Shown here piece by piece: positions 12,931 to 24,696 of a DNA stretch of 64,000 nucleotides (positions are counted from its first letter, which is position 1; each line of letters starts with the position of its first letter). This DNA comes from Octopus vulgaris. Its lineage: Eukaryota. The notes under the pieces were generated by a model that was given only the letters and a program-made list of their open reading frames with translations, was not told the origin of the DNA and did not search any database. The stretch is from the NCBI GenBank assembly GCA_951406725.2, contig OX597817.1, positions 87,544,001-87,608,000 of the forward strand, in the 5' to 3' direction. The translations under genes and the position numbers were made by a program.

Positions 12931-13999
12931 ATACACAGAAAAAACAAGGAGAGAAACAAGGAGAGAAAAAATGTGTGTAGTAGCTAACGATCTATCATAT
13001 GTATCTGTCTCTATGTATGTGAAGATATATATATATATGCATACATACATACACATTCATTCATACATACATACATACATACATACATGCATACATATAT
13101 ACGTTCAGACAGACAGACAAAAACATCGCTGTCATTGGAAGTCTGGGGTCAAGTAATATTACTCAGATAATATTACAAACTATGCATTACAATTATAAAA
13201 TAAATTTATACATACGTGCATATGCGTGTAATTGTATGTATGTGCGGTGCACGTGCACTCCTCAGTGTTTACTAGTGCACATATATGCAGTTTTTGTGAT
13301 TTCAATAGTAATAAAAAATATAAACATATTGTTCAATTGATACGTATTCAAATGACATATCATATGTCCTATTGATAAGACAACGCCGACAGTTTCTTCA
13401 TGGTGGAATCATGTAATTCAGGGTACAGTAGTTTTAATCCATCAAACTGTACATCAAATACAGAGTTTTAGAATTTGTATGACCATAGAAATACTCCAAG
13501 GAATGGGAATTATGTTAAACCGTTTCACCTAAGTTATTTTAAACCGTGATGTGAAGTCGAGTAAATGTTACGTAAACAAGAAAGTCATCTTGAAACCTTG
13601 GAAACGATATATATGAATGCGTTAGGTGTGTGGGAGTGAGAGAGAGAGAAAGAGAGAGAGCAAATATATTATATATTTGAATTCCGCTCGCATCGGATGC
13701 AATCTCCCTCACCCAGAATGAGTGACAAAACTGACCAGTTCCATCGATTCCAAGGAAGCCACGAGATATTGTTGGTCTCCCAATGCCAGCCGCTTCGACA
13801 ATAAACCATGAGGAGTTGTTTGTCTCACAATGCCGCTCGATTCGACGATAAACATCTGAGAGAATGAAATATGACAAATGAAATATAAATAATTTAGTAT
13901 ACTCCATAACTTGAACAGCTGAGTCTTACATATTCATTTATTCACATTTATGACACCTGCACTTAACGAGAAATGTTGCGGCAGACTGAATTATTAGCA

Positions 14000-14657
14000 T
14001 TAAATTAAAACAGATGGACACATTAATATAATTTTACTTAAAATCTCCAAGAAGTTAAGGAGATCGACAAAGAACATGTTGCCTTCACTTCAGATTAGAA
14101 GCTACTAAGGTATCAGGAAGAAAGACTTATTACAGATTTTGCTTGTCACTGTTTTATGGGGTTAGTTTTAATTTATAGAGTAGTTTTATCAAATCCTTGT
14201 ATATCTGTTAGGGGTAGGGTTGAGGGAGTCGACAGAAATCATAGTGGGTATAGTCATAAAAAATCAAGATTTATTAGAAGCAATATCATGAGATTTGTCA
14301 GCTAACATCTTGATTTAAGGTTTTCCTTTACCAAATCTCATGATATTGCTTCTAATAAATCTTGATTTTTTATTACTATACCCACTATGATTTCTGTCGA
14401 CTCCCTCAGCCCTACCCCTAACAGACACTGTCCCTTGTTCTCTCGGCCTTAGATATACAAGGATTTGATAAAACTACTCTATAAATTAAAACTAACCCCA
14501 TAAAACAGTGACAAGCAAAATCTGTAACAAGTCTTTCTTCCTGATACCTTAGTAGCTTCTAAGTGGAAGTGAAGGCAACATGTTCTTTGATTATACCCTT
14601 AACTCCTTGGAGATTTTAAGTAAAATTATATTAATTTGACCAACGGTTTTAATTTAA
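14000..14657. mobile_element. Foldback element / large MITE with ~300 bp inverted arms
   Basis: 14000-14297 is nearly the reverse complement of 14332-14657, with a ~35 bp spacer. The right arm has an extra ~28 bp near 14426-14453. Confidence 0.85.
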
Positions 14658-14882
14658 TTAAATTCTATGTCTTTGTGCTGCTCAGGATTGCTCTGTATTT
14701 AAACTGATGTAACGGTTGCATTGTTTAATTAAATGGAGTTGCGTGAAACGATCGTACTGCATTACCTCTGGATATCCTTGTTGCTTACTGTGATTTTAAG
14801 CACCTTATATATGTATATATATATATATGTGTTTGTGTGTGTGAATGTATATATGTGTGTGTATATATAATATATATATATA

Positions 14883-14983
<101 letters not shown>

Positions 14984-14990
14984 GTATATG

Positions 14991-15021
<31 letters not shown>

Positions 15022-15072
15022 GCACATATATATTATATATACACACACATTTATACATTCACACACACAAAC

Positions 15073-15104
<32 letters not shown>

Positions 15105-15109
15105 ATGTA

Positions 15110-15239
15110 CAGGCGCAGGAGTAGCTGTAGCTTTGTGGCAAGAACCTTGGTCACCTTGGGCAAGTATCTTTTGCTATAGCCTCGGCCCAACCAAAGCCTT
15201 GTAAATGGATTTGATAGACAGAAACTGAAAGAAGCCCGT

Positions 15240-15245
<6 letters not shown>
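15110..15245 (+). mobile_element. SINE family B 5' part (decayed)
   Basis: AGGCGCAGGAGTAGCTGT...CACCTTGGGCAAGTATCTT...GAAACTGAAAGAAGCCCGTCG. Confidence 0.75.
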
Positions 15246-15310
<65 letters not shown>

Positions 15311-16212
15311 GTGTTTGTATGTAAATGATTGTAGCACTCAATGTCACAAGTAATTCCCAACATTGAGCAACACACACATATTATCACCTCTTCAGTAAGA
15401 TGAATAATATAGTTAGCTATAGCAGCTTAGAAAGTTTCTCCTTGATATTTTAACCAGTCGAAAGTCATAGAAACAGAGAAAAGAAAAGCATCAATCATCC
15501 TAAAACAACACATCATGTCTGCTTAATAGTAAATGTGTCATAAAATCGGTGGCATAGAGAGAGCGTATATTGATGGTACGTCATCGTTTTTAGTTTCGCT
15601 GTTCACTGTACAAAAGATTAAGTATCAGTTTGGTAGACATCAACAAGCATCAGTGAATAATTTCTTGGCTTGAATTTGTTTAAATTCATTGATCCGAGGA
15701 TAGATTTGACAGAAGAGATAAAACCAAATCAGATGCAACAGTGTCGCAGTCACATCACGTCACTGAGTTGAGTGTGTTGCCGACATACATCGTCTGAAAG
15801 GAGATGCTCTCCGAAGACGGAATACAACAACGATTAGTGTATCCACGACTGAATCTGCCTAGAGATATTCAATGCGCGTGCGCGTATGCATCTGTGTGCC
15901 TCTAGATACAGATAAACGCGTGTGCACAGGGAGAAATATGCGTACACGGTGTGCATGCATGAATATGTGTATACTTGTGCTTTTGTATAGATATTGTGAC
16001 GATGTGCGCATGAGTGTTTATGTATGTTCATACACACGCACACACACACAAACACATACACATACACACGCAAACAAACACACGCACACACATACATACA
16101 CATACATACACATATATATATATTTATGCTACACATATATATACATACACATATATATATATTTATGCTAAATATATGTGCGCATGCAAGAAAGTATATA
16201 CGTTTGTATATT

Positions 16213-16303
<91 letters not shown>

Positions 16304-16697
16304 GTGCATATGCAAGAATGTATATATGTTTACATATATGTATATATTTATGTATGTTGGTGTGTGTACACATGTATCTATGCATGAAATGTATTTGTAT
16401 ATTTATGTAAATATGTTAACAGATGCGTGTGCCTCTGTAGTCATATTTGTATAAGTGGTATAAATGTGTAGTAGTGTGATCACTGATCAAGCTTAGCTTT
16501 TACTGTTTTTCTCACACATAAAACAACAATTATGTCATTAGATGACATCATGATTACAATCTCAAATAATTTACTGTTTGACAAACTATCTGATTACATT
16601 AGTTTAGAGAATTTGATTGCCTATCACTTACTGCACAGGAGATATAAAATGTTTCACTTTCACAAAATTACGAATTAATTTTCTTTCAGGCTATATT

Positions 16698-17001
<304 letters not shown>

Positions 17002-17308
17002 TGTTGTTATTGTTGTGATATTTATTTTTAAACCGAATAATCGTGGTAAATTTGTTTTTGCATTTGCGTTGTGAGTTAATCTTGTACATGAATCGATACA
17101 TTGATGTGATAGTATGTATGGAAGTTAAATGTCTTATTTTTTTTCAATTATTTTTTGTTATTTATCATAGTTTATACATTTTTCTTTTTTGTTTTACTTT
17201 TAAAAAAATAACATCTAGAAAAAAACTACCCATTTATTTTTTTAATCTCTTAGCTGCAATTTTATTTTCAGTCTGCCACGAAACAAAATATCTGGTTCAA
17301 ATAATTAC

Positions 17309-17341
17309 CTATAACTTCAAATAAACACCACTGAGCAACTG
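17309..17341 (-). other. Candidate 33-nt micro-exon (30 nt if the NAGNAG alternative acceptor is used)
   Basis: TTTTTGTTTTTTTTTAAACTATTCCAG|CAGTTGCTCAGTGGTGTTTATTTGAAGTTATAG|GTAATT; phase-1 reading xVAQWCLFEVIx. Confidence 0.25.
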
Positions 17342-17588
17342 CTGGAATAGTTTAAAAAAAACAAAAACCTTCCAACTCTCTGCACCTCTTTCCTTATACA
17401 AAACCACATTACATGGACTAACAACACTCAACTTGCTAACAAGCCATTCAAAACTGCTGCCATTTTTAGATTTCCCGCCATTTTAATCACTTCAGCATTG
17501 ATTTTTCTCTTTGATCATTTTGAAAGGATTATTATTATTACTATTATTATTATTATTGTTATTATTATTACTATTATAATTATTATTA

Positions 17589-17626
<38 letters not shown>

Positions 17627-17933
17627 TGTTTTTGTAATTATTCTTCCTCAATTTTCTTTTATTTTGTTTCTCTTCTCTCTCTCTCTCTCTCTCTGTCACT
17701 CCCTCTTTTTCTCTCTCCCTCTCTCTCTTCTTTCTCTCTCCCCTCTCTCGGATGTGTTAGTGTGTATTTATGTGCACGTGTGTATGAATGCACACATACA
17801 CTCACAAATATATCTGCATATATAGATAGATTGATAGATACGTACATACGTACATATATCTGCATCTGTGTGTGTTTCTGTGTGACACACTCTGTATGTG
17901 TCGCATTCTCTTTCTTTCTCCCTCCCTCTCTCT

Positions 17934-17981
<48 letters not shown>

Positions 17982-17992
17982 GTTGTTCTTAC

Positions 17993-18034
17993 CTCCAGAG
18001 GGTACCTGTAAGGCATGTGTTGTAACCAGCAATA
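17993..18034 (-). CDS. Candidate 42-nt frame-preserving micro-exon of an unidentified host gene
   Basis: TTCGTTCGTTTTCTTTTAG|TATTGCTGGTTACAACACATGCCTTACAGGTACCCTCTGGAG|GTAAGA. Strong acceptor and donor; all three frames open; unique island between simple repeats. Confidence 0.35.
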
Positions 18035-18546
18035 CTAAAAGAAAACGAACGAAGCCCCCCCAAACAAACAAACAAACAAAGAACCAATAATAGCATGATC
18101 GGGAAATGGTGCATGACTTCCTACAATATCGTATTATTTCAAGTTTTGCGTCTAATGTATTCGAACTTTCAAGTCCAGATTCAAACGCATGAAACATTAT
18201 CAATAAACAATAAGTCTATATGAATAACTCTGTTTAGTCTTTGAATGTTTCCAATAGGAGTAGGAGAGGAACGAGAGAGAAGGAGATTAATAATTTCGAG
18301 GTGGCGTGAACTACAAGACGGAAATAGGTGTAAGAGATGGGTAATAATTGAAACGTGTAAAACGGAAGGCAAAGTGGTGGTGGTGGTGGGCTTACATGTG
18401 GGCTACATGTGATCGGTATTGACTTGTTGAATGCAAAGTGCGAGGAGGTTGGGGATGGAGACGGGAGAAGAAAGGGTATGCGAGGTAGGAGTGAGGGTTT
18501 TCTTTTTGAAATGTTGCAGTCGGTTGGAACTATTATTGTTGCTGAA

Positions 18547-18558
18547 ACTACTGCTAAG

Positions 18559-18656
<98 letters not shown>

Positions 18657-18681
18657 CAACAACAATGACATTAACAATAAC

Positions 18682-18725
<44 letters not shown>

Positions 18726-18750
18726 TGATGATGATGATGATGATGATGAT
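18547..18750. repeat. Compound (CTA)n-(ATA)n-(GAT)n microsatellite
   Basis: Directly visible. Confidence 0.95.
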
Positions 18751-19055
18751 GCTTTCTTTATTAACCGCAAAAGTTTACATTAAGAAAACAGTAGGGACAG
18801 CACAAGACAAAACAAAGAATGTGTGTGTGTATATGTGACAGTGTGTGCTGTGAGGGTTTTGCTTGTAAACAAATCTAACAAAATTAAAAGAAAGCAACGT
18901 GTCTATAATTGACGGAATTTTAGAAAGTGCAAAATAAAAGATAACAATAAAATTAAGGGGCAAATGAAGAGAGAAAGAACGAAAATAGAGGAAAGGAAAA
19001 GAGAAGGAAAGAGAGAGAAAGAAAGTAGGTAAAGAAAATATTGTGGTGTTTGCAA

Positions 19056-19098
<43 letters not shown>

Positions 19099-19102
19099 TA
19101 TG

Positions 19103-19140
<38 letters not shown>

Positions 19141-19171
19141 CATATGTATATATATACATATATATATAGAC

Positions 19172-19211
<40 letters not shown>

Positions 19212-19300
19212 CATACATACACACATACATATACATACATATGCATATACATATATGCATGTACTTCCTCGAAATTTGTATGTTACACACACACGCGCGT

Positions 19301-19339
<39 letters not shown>

Positions 19340-20372
19340 CACAGACACACATACACGCTCGAGCACATACATTCACACGTACACGCACACTCAAACGCAC
19401 GTGCACAAATGAATTGAAAGCGAAAAATATAATAGATACAAGTCTGATAAAGCGAATGGTTTGATTGTCGACAATCTACTTCCAACAATGTGCTATATGC
19501 AACGGTTATAATTTGTATAACCTAACAGTATTGTCAGTTACTTCGCTATTGTTATCGTCACCTTCATCCATTCTTTTAATTCTAAGCAGACATGACTGAG
19601 TGGTTAAGAATTTCGATTGTATTCTAGTGGTTCCGTGTTCAGTTCCGCTTGTTTTGTCACTTAACATAAAGTACTATGACCTTGACCTTTTCCAGTTCTC
19701 CAGGAATCATGATGGAAGAGGATAACGTTATCTTCAAACCAGAAACTAAACACGAGTGAGTGTAATAGATCCGAATCCGTCGCTAAGGGCATCCAAGTGC
19801 CCAAGTGTTACGTGGTTATATTAAATCACGTGATGGAGTAAGTCTGTTTTGAACCCAGATTCAAAGAGCTAGAAAAAATTCTGTTAGATATCTCATCGAA
19901 CAAGGTAACCATTCCAGTAATCAACGCCTTTGGGCTGCCACTTTTTTTTTTATCGTCTTAAGAAATGTAAAAGTTAAAATTTTCATCGGCGAGATTGGAA
20001 CTCAGAATGCAACGTATCAGAATAAATACTGCTAGGAGTTTTGTCCGGCGCTCTAACAACGTTGCCAATTTGCTATCTTTAGGATGACACTTTGAGTTGA
20101 CCCAAGCCGTGTAAAAAAAAAATGAGTAGCCGGACACTGTGTGGATGCTCTTGCATAGACTGTTCGTGTTATTGGGTGAGAAACGTAATTCATTCATGTG
20201 TTAATCCGTTAATCCGTTAATCTGTTAATATTCGTTAAACGCCTTTATTGTTTTTACCTACAAAAATAAAGTGAATTTCATTAATCTGTTCAAATAATCT
20301 TTCTTAAATTCTTCGAAATATTTTGGTTTACTTCTGGAAGCACATTACATGGATGATTGTGTGTCTATGTGT

Positions 20373-20440
<68 letters not shown>

Positions 20441-21765
20441 CAAAAAACAAAACAATGCCATAAAAAAAATTATTTTCCACTGTTTGAATGCCAAATTTTC
20501 CAAACATTTAAGAAAAAAATTAAAATGTGTAGCGAGAAAAATGAGAAGAAATACCGCTAGAATACCTCACTTCCGTTTAAGTACGGTACCTAATTTGGCA
20601 TATTTCCCAGCTTTTAGAAAATCTGTTGCTCTAGTCAATAGCAGGTTTTTGTTTTTTTATCTTTTGATTATCTGCACGATGTTAACATTTAAAAGTTATT
20701 GTGTAACTGTTGCTATTGTCTTCACGTAAATAGGCTCCCGAAGACAATGCTCTGCACACACAATATGAAAATGACATAACATCTGTAGAAATAACACTCG
20801 CTATCTATGTCTTTAAAGAACATTAATTTTATATGCAACATATGGAGCGATGATTAGCAGAGGTAGCAACATCAACGTCATCCTCAACCACTTATTGCTC
20901 CTACCTTACTTTGTTGGAGAAATGAGTGGTTCTCGAAAGACGAGAACCAAAGATTTAGCAAAGAAAATTTTAACGTCATCAACCCTTCCTTCAGGATAAA
21001 ATATTTTAATACAGAAATGGACGATATTCATTCTGTATGATTGTCGAGTTGCGTGTTAGTGTGGATTGCTTAGACTCGTACCATGGAACCTATGCACGAA
21101 GAAGGAGTATTACAACAGAAGCTCGATAAGACGAAACTTCCCGACAGAAAAGTGATGTGTGTTAATAGAAAATTAAATATCTCTTAAGTCTTTCTCAACC
21201 AGTTTGACTGACAATCCATGCAACAACACTTATTTAGAGTGTGGCTTTTTAACTAGAGTATGAGCGACACAAATCCATGTGAATAAACTAATAAACGATA
21301 ATAAAGGCAAGAACAACAACCGTCACAGCATAAGCAACGTTTTCTGTGATAAGAACGACATTAGCAACCAGCATGGAATCCCTAATAACAATTGATATGG
21401 CATGTGTCGCATATCATATTCTCAAACATAGCTGAGATTTCATGATGATTCTATTTCCAAATTGGTACAAGATAAAAGAACTCAACATCCATCAACCAAC
21501 GAGAAAACATAGACGCCCAACCTGCTTGCAATAATTATCAAATCTCCTCTTGTATTTTACAATAACCAACACATTAAACGATATATTTCTAGATATATTT
21601 TGTCAGTAAAAAGCATTGAATGGTCAAGGCATAAATGTCTTTGATTGGAGCTCAACAACGATTAATAGGGCGCTGAACAAACACAGCAACAATTACAACA
21701 ACAACAACAATAATAACAAGTACATTGAATGTAAGAGTGCATCATTAATAATAATAATGATGATG

Positions 21766-21852
<87 letters not shown>

Positions 21853-22361
21853 GCTGATTGGAAGTGTTATCATGTACATTGTTTTGTCTTGGTATAAAAG
21901 ATGGGCTACAGCAACTATTCTGCTCAATACCACAGATTTGCTTGTCAGTTGTTTGACCTTAACCAGTTGAGCATGTCCCTTAGTGGCTGACGATATGTGC
22001 ATCTCTGATCACGAGCAGAAGTAGTGGGGGAGCATCATAGCCATGTGTTGAGAGGGATTCTTTGGGGTTTGAATAATTCACCTCTGGAAACATGGGTGTT
22101 TCGTTCAACGTCCTTAAACAACCCTTATTCAGGGACCTTTTGAGCGGGATGGGTTACTCGATCTGAAGAAAATTCTAACTGGGCTCCACCTGCAAGGTTA
22201 TGTGCTGTTTATCTTGATATGAGATCACCATGTCGCGCACATATGGTTGTGATGCATGTGCCTGGTGTACCCTTATCAGACAGGTAGTCATGATGGGTAT
22301 ACTGGGCTTCGTATATTTTACCCCAGTGTCACTTTGATGGCATGCTCTGCTCGCTCACTCA
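21853..22361 (+). mobile_element. ~500 bp non-coding interspersed repeat flanked on both sides by (AAT)n
   Basis: Near-identical reverse-complement copy at 31546-32101, also in (TAA)n. No ORF. The strand is relative only. Confidence 0.8.
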
Positions 22362-22394
22362 ATAATAATAATAATAACAATGATAATAATAATC

Positions 22395-22828
22395 CTATCT
22401 AGTGAAGGCACGAAGCCTGAGATTTTGTGGGAGGGGACAAGTTGACTACATCGATCCCAGTGTTTTATTGGTGCTTGATTTATCGACCCCGAAAGGATGA
22501 AAGGCAAAGTCGACCTCGGCGGAATTTAAACTCAGAGGGTAAAGGGCGGACGAAATGCCGCTAAACATTTTGCCCGGCGCGCTAACGATTCTGCCAGCTC
22601 ACCGCCTTGCTACGACGCTTTCAAATTTTTCCACAAGGGCAGCAATTTTGAGTGAGAAGGCAGGTCAATAACATCGATTCCAATGTTCATCTGGTACTCA
22701 TTTTATCGACCCCGAAAGGATGAAAGGCAAAGTCGATGTCGGCGGAAATTGAACTCAGGACGTAAAGACGGATGAAATGCCGTTAAGCGTTTAGCCCCGT
22801 GTACTAACGATTCTGTCAGCTCGCCACT
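22395..22828 (-). mobile_element. Two tandem SINE family A copies
   Basis: ATCGACCCCGAAAGGATGAAAGGCAAAGTCGA...GAAATGCCG.TAA...CAGCTC occurs twice. Confidence 0.9.
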
Positions 22829-23204
22829 TATAATGGGTTCTCATTCCTAAAGTATTTTGCGATGTTATTTTGCGATTATTATTATTATTATTATTATCAT
22901 CATCATGATCATCATCATCATGATCATCATCATCATCATCATTATTATTATCATTATTATTATTATTATTATTATCATCATCCTTATCATCATCATCATC
23001 ATCATCCTTATCATCATCATCATCATCATCATCCTTATCATCATCATCATCATTTAGGTCACTGCCTCGAATCGAGCTCAGAATCTTGGGGTTAGAAGCC
23101 TGCGCCCTTAACCTACCACAACTGCATGGGATGGAGTATACGCAGTTTTTGGTCATATTCTCTTCTATTGGTGGTTTTACAAAGCTTCGCAAATATCTCC
23201 TTCA

Positions 23205-23574
23205 GTAAAACCACCAAGAGAAGAGAATATGACCAAGAACTGGGTGTACTCAATCCCATGCAGCTGTGGTAGGTTATACAAAGGTGAAACATGCCCCCCA
23301 CCCACTAAAAATAAGGGTAGAGGAACATTGCAAAGCTGTGACACGAGGAGATATTGATAAATCGGGTATAGCTGATCATGTGTGGAAAAATGGAGACCAC
23401 CTCCCCCTGCGGGATGAAGTTAAAATAACAGACAGAGAACTCCATTGGAAAATACGAAAACTAAAAGAAACAGCACATATGCTAGGACACAACCTTCTAA
23501 ATAGACTGGGTGCAGATATGAATAGCATATGGGAACCGGTATTAAGGAAGGATAGGAAAATATTAGATTCCTAA
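23205..23574 (+). pseudogene. Penelope GIY-YIG endonuclease domain, frameshifted in a C-run near 23294-23299
   Basis: VKPPREENMTKNWVYSIPCSCGRLYKGETC/HPLKIRVEEHCKAVTRGDIDKSGIADHVWKNGDH...KIRKLKETAHMLGHNLLNRLG..SIWEPVL: VY-IPC-CG-Y-GET, R..EH, S..A.H, R...E and LNR motifs. Confidence 0.85.
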
Positions 23575-23603
23575 ACCCTAAAATTTAATCCATAGTTGCC
23601 TAC

Positions 23604-23678
23604 GGGCATATGGTGTAGTGGTTAAGAGCGCGGGCTACTAACCCCAAGATTCCGAGTTCGATTCTAGGCAGTGACCTG
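23604..23678 (+). other. tRNA-like module (Pol III A/B boxes) at the 3' end of the Penelope element; not a functional tRNA
   Basis: GGGCATATGGTGTAGTGGTTAAGAGCGCGGGCTACTAACCCCAAGATTCCGAGTTCGATTCTAGGCAGTGACCTG. Further copies at 23055-23113 (-) and 32342-32420 (-). Acceptor stem does not pair. Confidence 0.7.
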
Positions 23679-23996
23679 TGGAAACCATTTGCAAACTTGT
23701 GTTTTGCTCATGGCAGCAGCCTTCTAAGTTGTTTGAAGTATAACTGTTTCGGCCTGTGTTTTCTCCAGCAGAAAACAGAATTTCCTTCATTTCAGCCATC
23801 GCAAAAATCGACGAACAGGGGAGTAGGAGCACTGCAAAACAAAGATGCACCATGTTGCAGTATGATTTCATTGGACAACGCCGGTCGGCACACTGATGCT
23901 TGAGAGTCGCATCAAATGACATCTAGCAACGGAAGCCTGAACTACAACGGGTTTGTTCCACAAAACGTTTTTGTTAGTTTGGGGTATCTCCTCGTG

Positions 23997-24039
<43 letters not shown>

Positions 24040-24043
<4 letters not shown>

Positions 24044-24400
24044 ATAAATATTAGGGAATAAATCCAAATTTACAGGGAAAAAATCAGATTTAGGATTAAA
24101 TCCAATTTTATAGTAAAATATTATATAATATTAATTCGAGACAAAACCACTATTTTGCAAAACAAACAAGGAAAGACTTAATCAATACATAAAAATTTAA
24201 ATATAAAATAAATAAACCGCCACTACAATCGTTTCATGTCTTCAAATGACATTCGTCAGGTGGATTTCCGATCTTCTAATCAGTTTTAATTTATGATTAG
24301 AAGATCGGAAAGTGGCGGTTTATTTATTTTATATTAAAATGTTTATGTATTGATTAAGTCTTTCCTTGTTTGTTTTGCAAAATAGTGGTTTTGTCTCGAA

Positions 24401-24412
<12 letters not shown>
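24040..24412. mobile_element. Penelope-type non-autonomous element in (TA)n with ~100 bp inverted arms enclosing a hammerhead
   Basis: Arms ~24125-24224 and ~24311-24412 are reverse complements; an inner 18-bp hairpin lies at 24265-24311. Confidence 0.75.
24220..24263 (-). ncRNA. Minimal type I hammerhead ribozyme with intact catalytic core
   Basis: CCAC CTGACGA ATGTC-atttgaa-GACAT GAAA CGATTG TA GTGG: stem I CCAC/GTGG, core CUGANGA and GAAA, 5-bp stem II, near-palindromic stem III, GUA cleavage triplet. Confidence 0.75.
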
Positions 24413-24449
<37 letters not shown>

Positions 24450-24696
24450 TATGTATATGGGTATCTATGAGTGTGCGTATGTGTATGAGAGTATCTTCCC
24501 AACACATATGGTCAACATTCTCATGTGTAAACACAACTTTTGTACCTGCTATAATCGCACCCCTACGGGGTTTGGCTTTCTTGTCATTGTTCCAAGAATT
24601 AAGAGAATTGGTAAGAGTTAAATACTATGATCGTTGTAATCGACTGTTCCTTTTCCGTCGGTTTATACCAGTAGTTGCTTCAACAGCAATAAAATA

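Larger units (their letters stand above)
22834..23678. mobile_element. Penelope-like element: 3' GIY-YIG fragment (+) with an inverted, internally deleted copy (-)
   Basis: Inverted repeat 23109-23180 / 23205-23276. Both orientations run from GIY-YIG sequence into the same tRNA-like module. Inverted 5' structures are typical of Penelope-like elements (PLEs). Confidence 0.85.

Noticed and set aside
15790-15820. Hairpin CGTCT-GAAA-GGAGA-tgc-TCTCC-GA-AGACG as SECIS or hammerhead
   Set aside because: The stem is too short for SECIS, and it lacks the CUGANGA and GAAA core arrangement.
18755-18875. Possible alternative terminal exon on the minus strand (TTTTGTTAG acceptor, AATAAA near 18757)
   Set aside because: Low-complexity translation in all frames; the signals are too common in AT-rich DNA to support a call.
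23205-23574. Selenocysteine-containing (Naiad-type) Penelope
   Set aside because: No in-frame TGA at Cys positions in the visible GIY-YIG fragment, and no SECIS recognised.
23604-23678. Possible tRNA gene (ACT anticodon-like loop)
   Set aside because: No paired acceptor stem or oligo-T terminator; it occurs as part of a repeat in three places.
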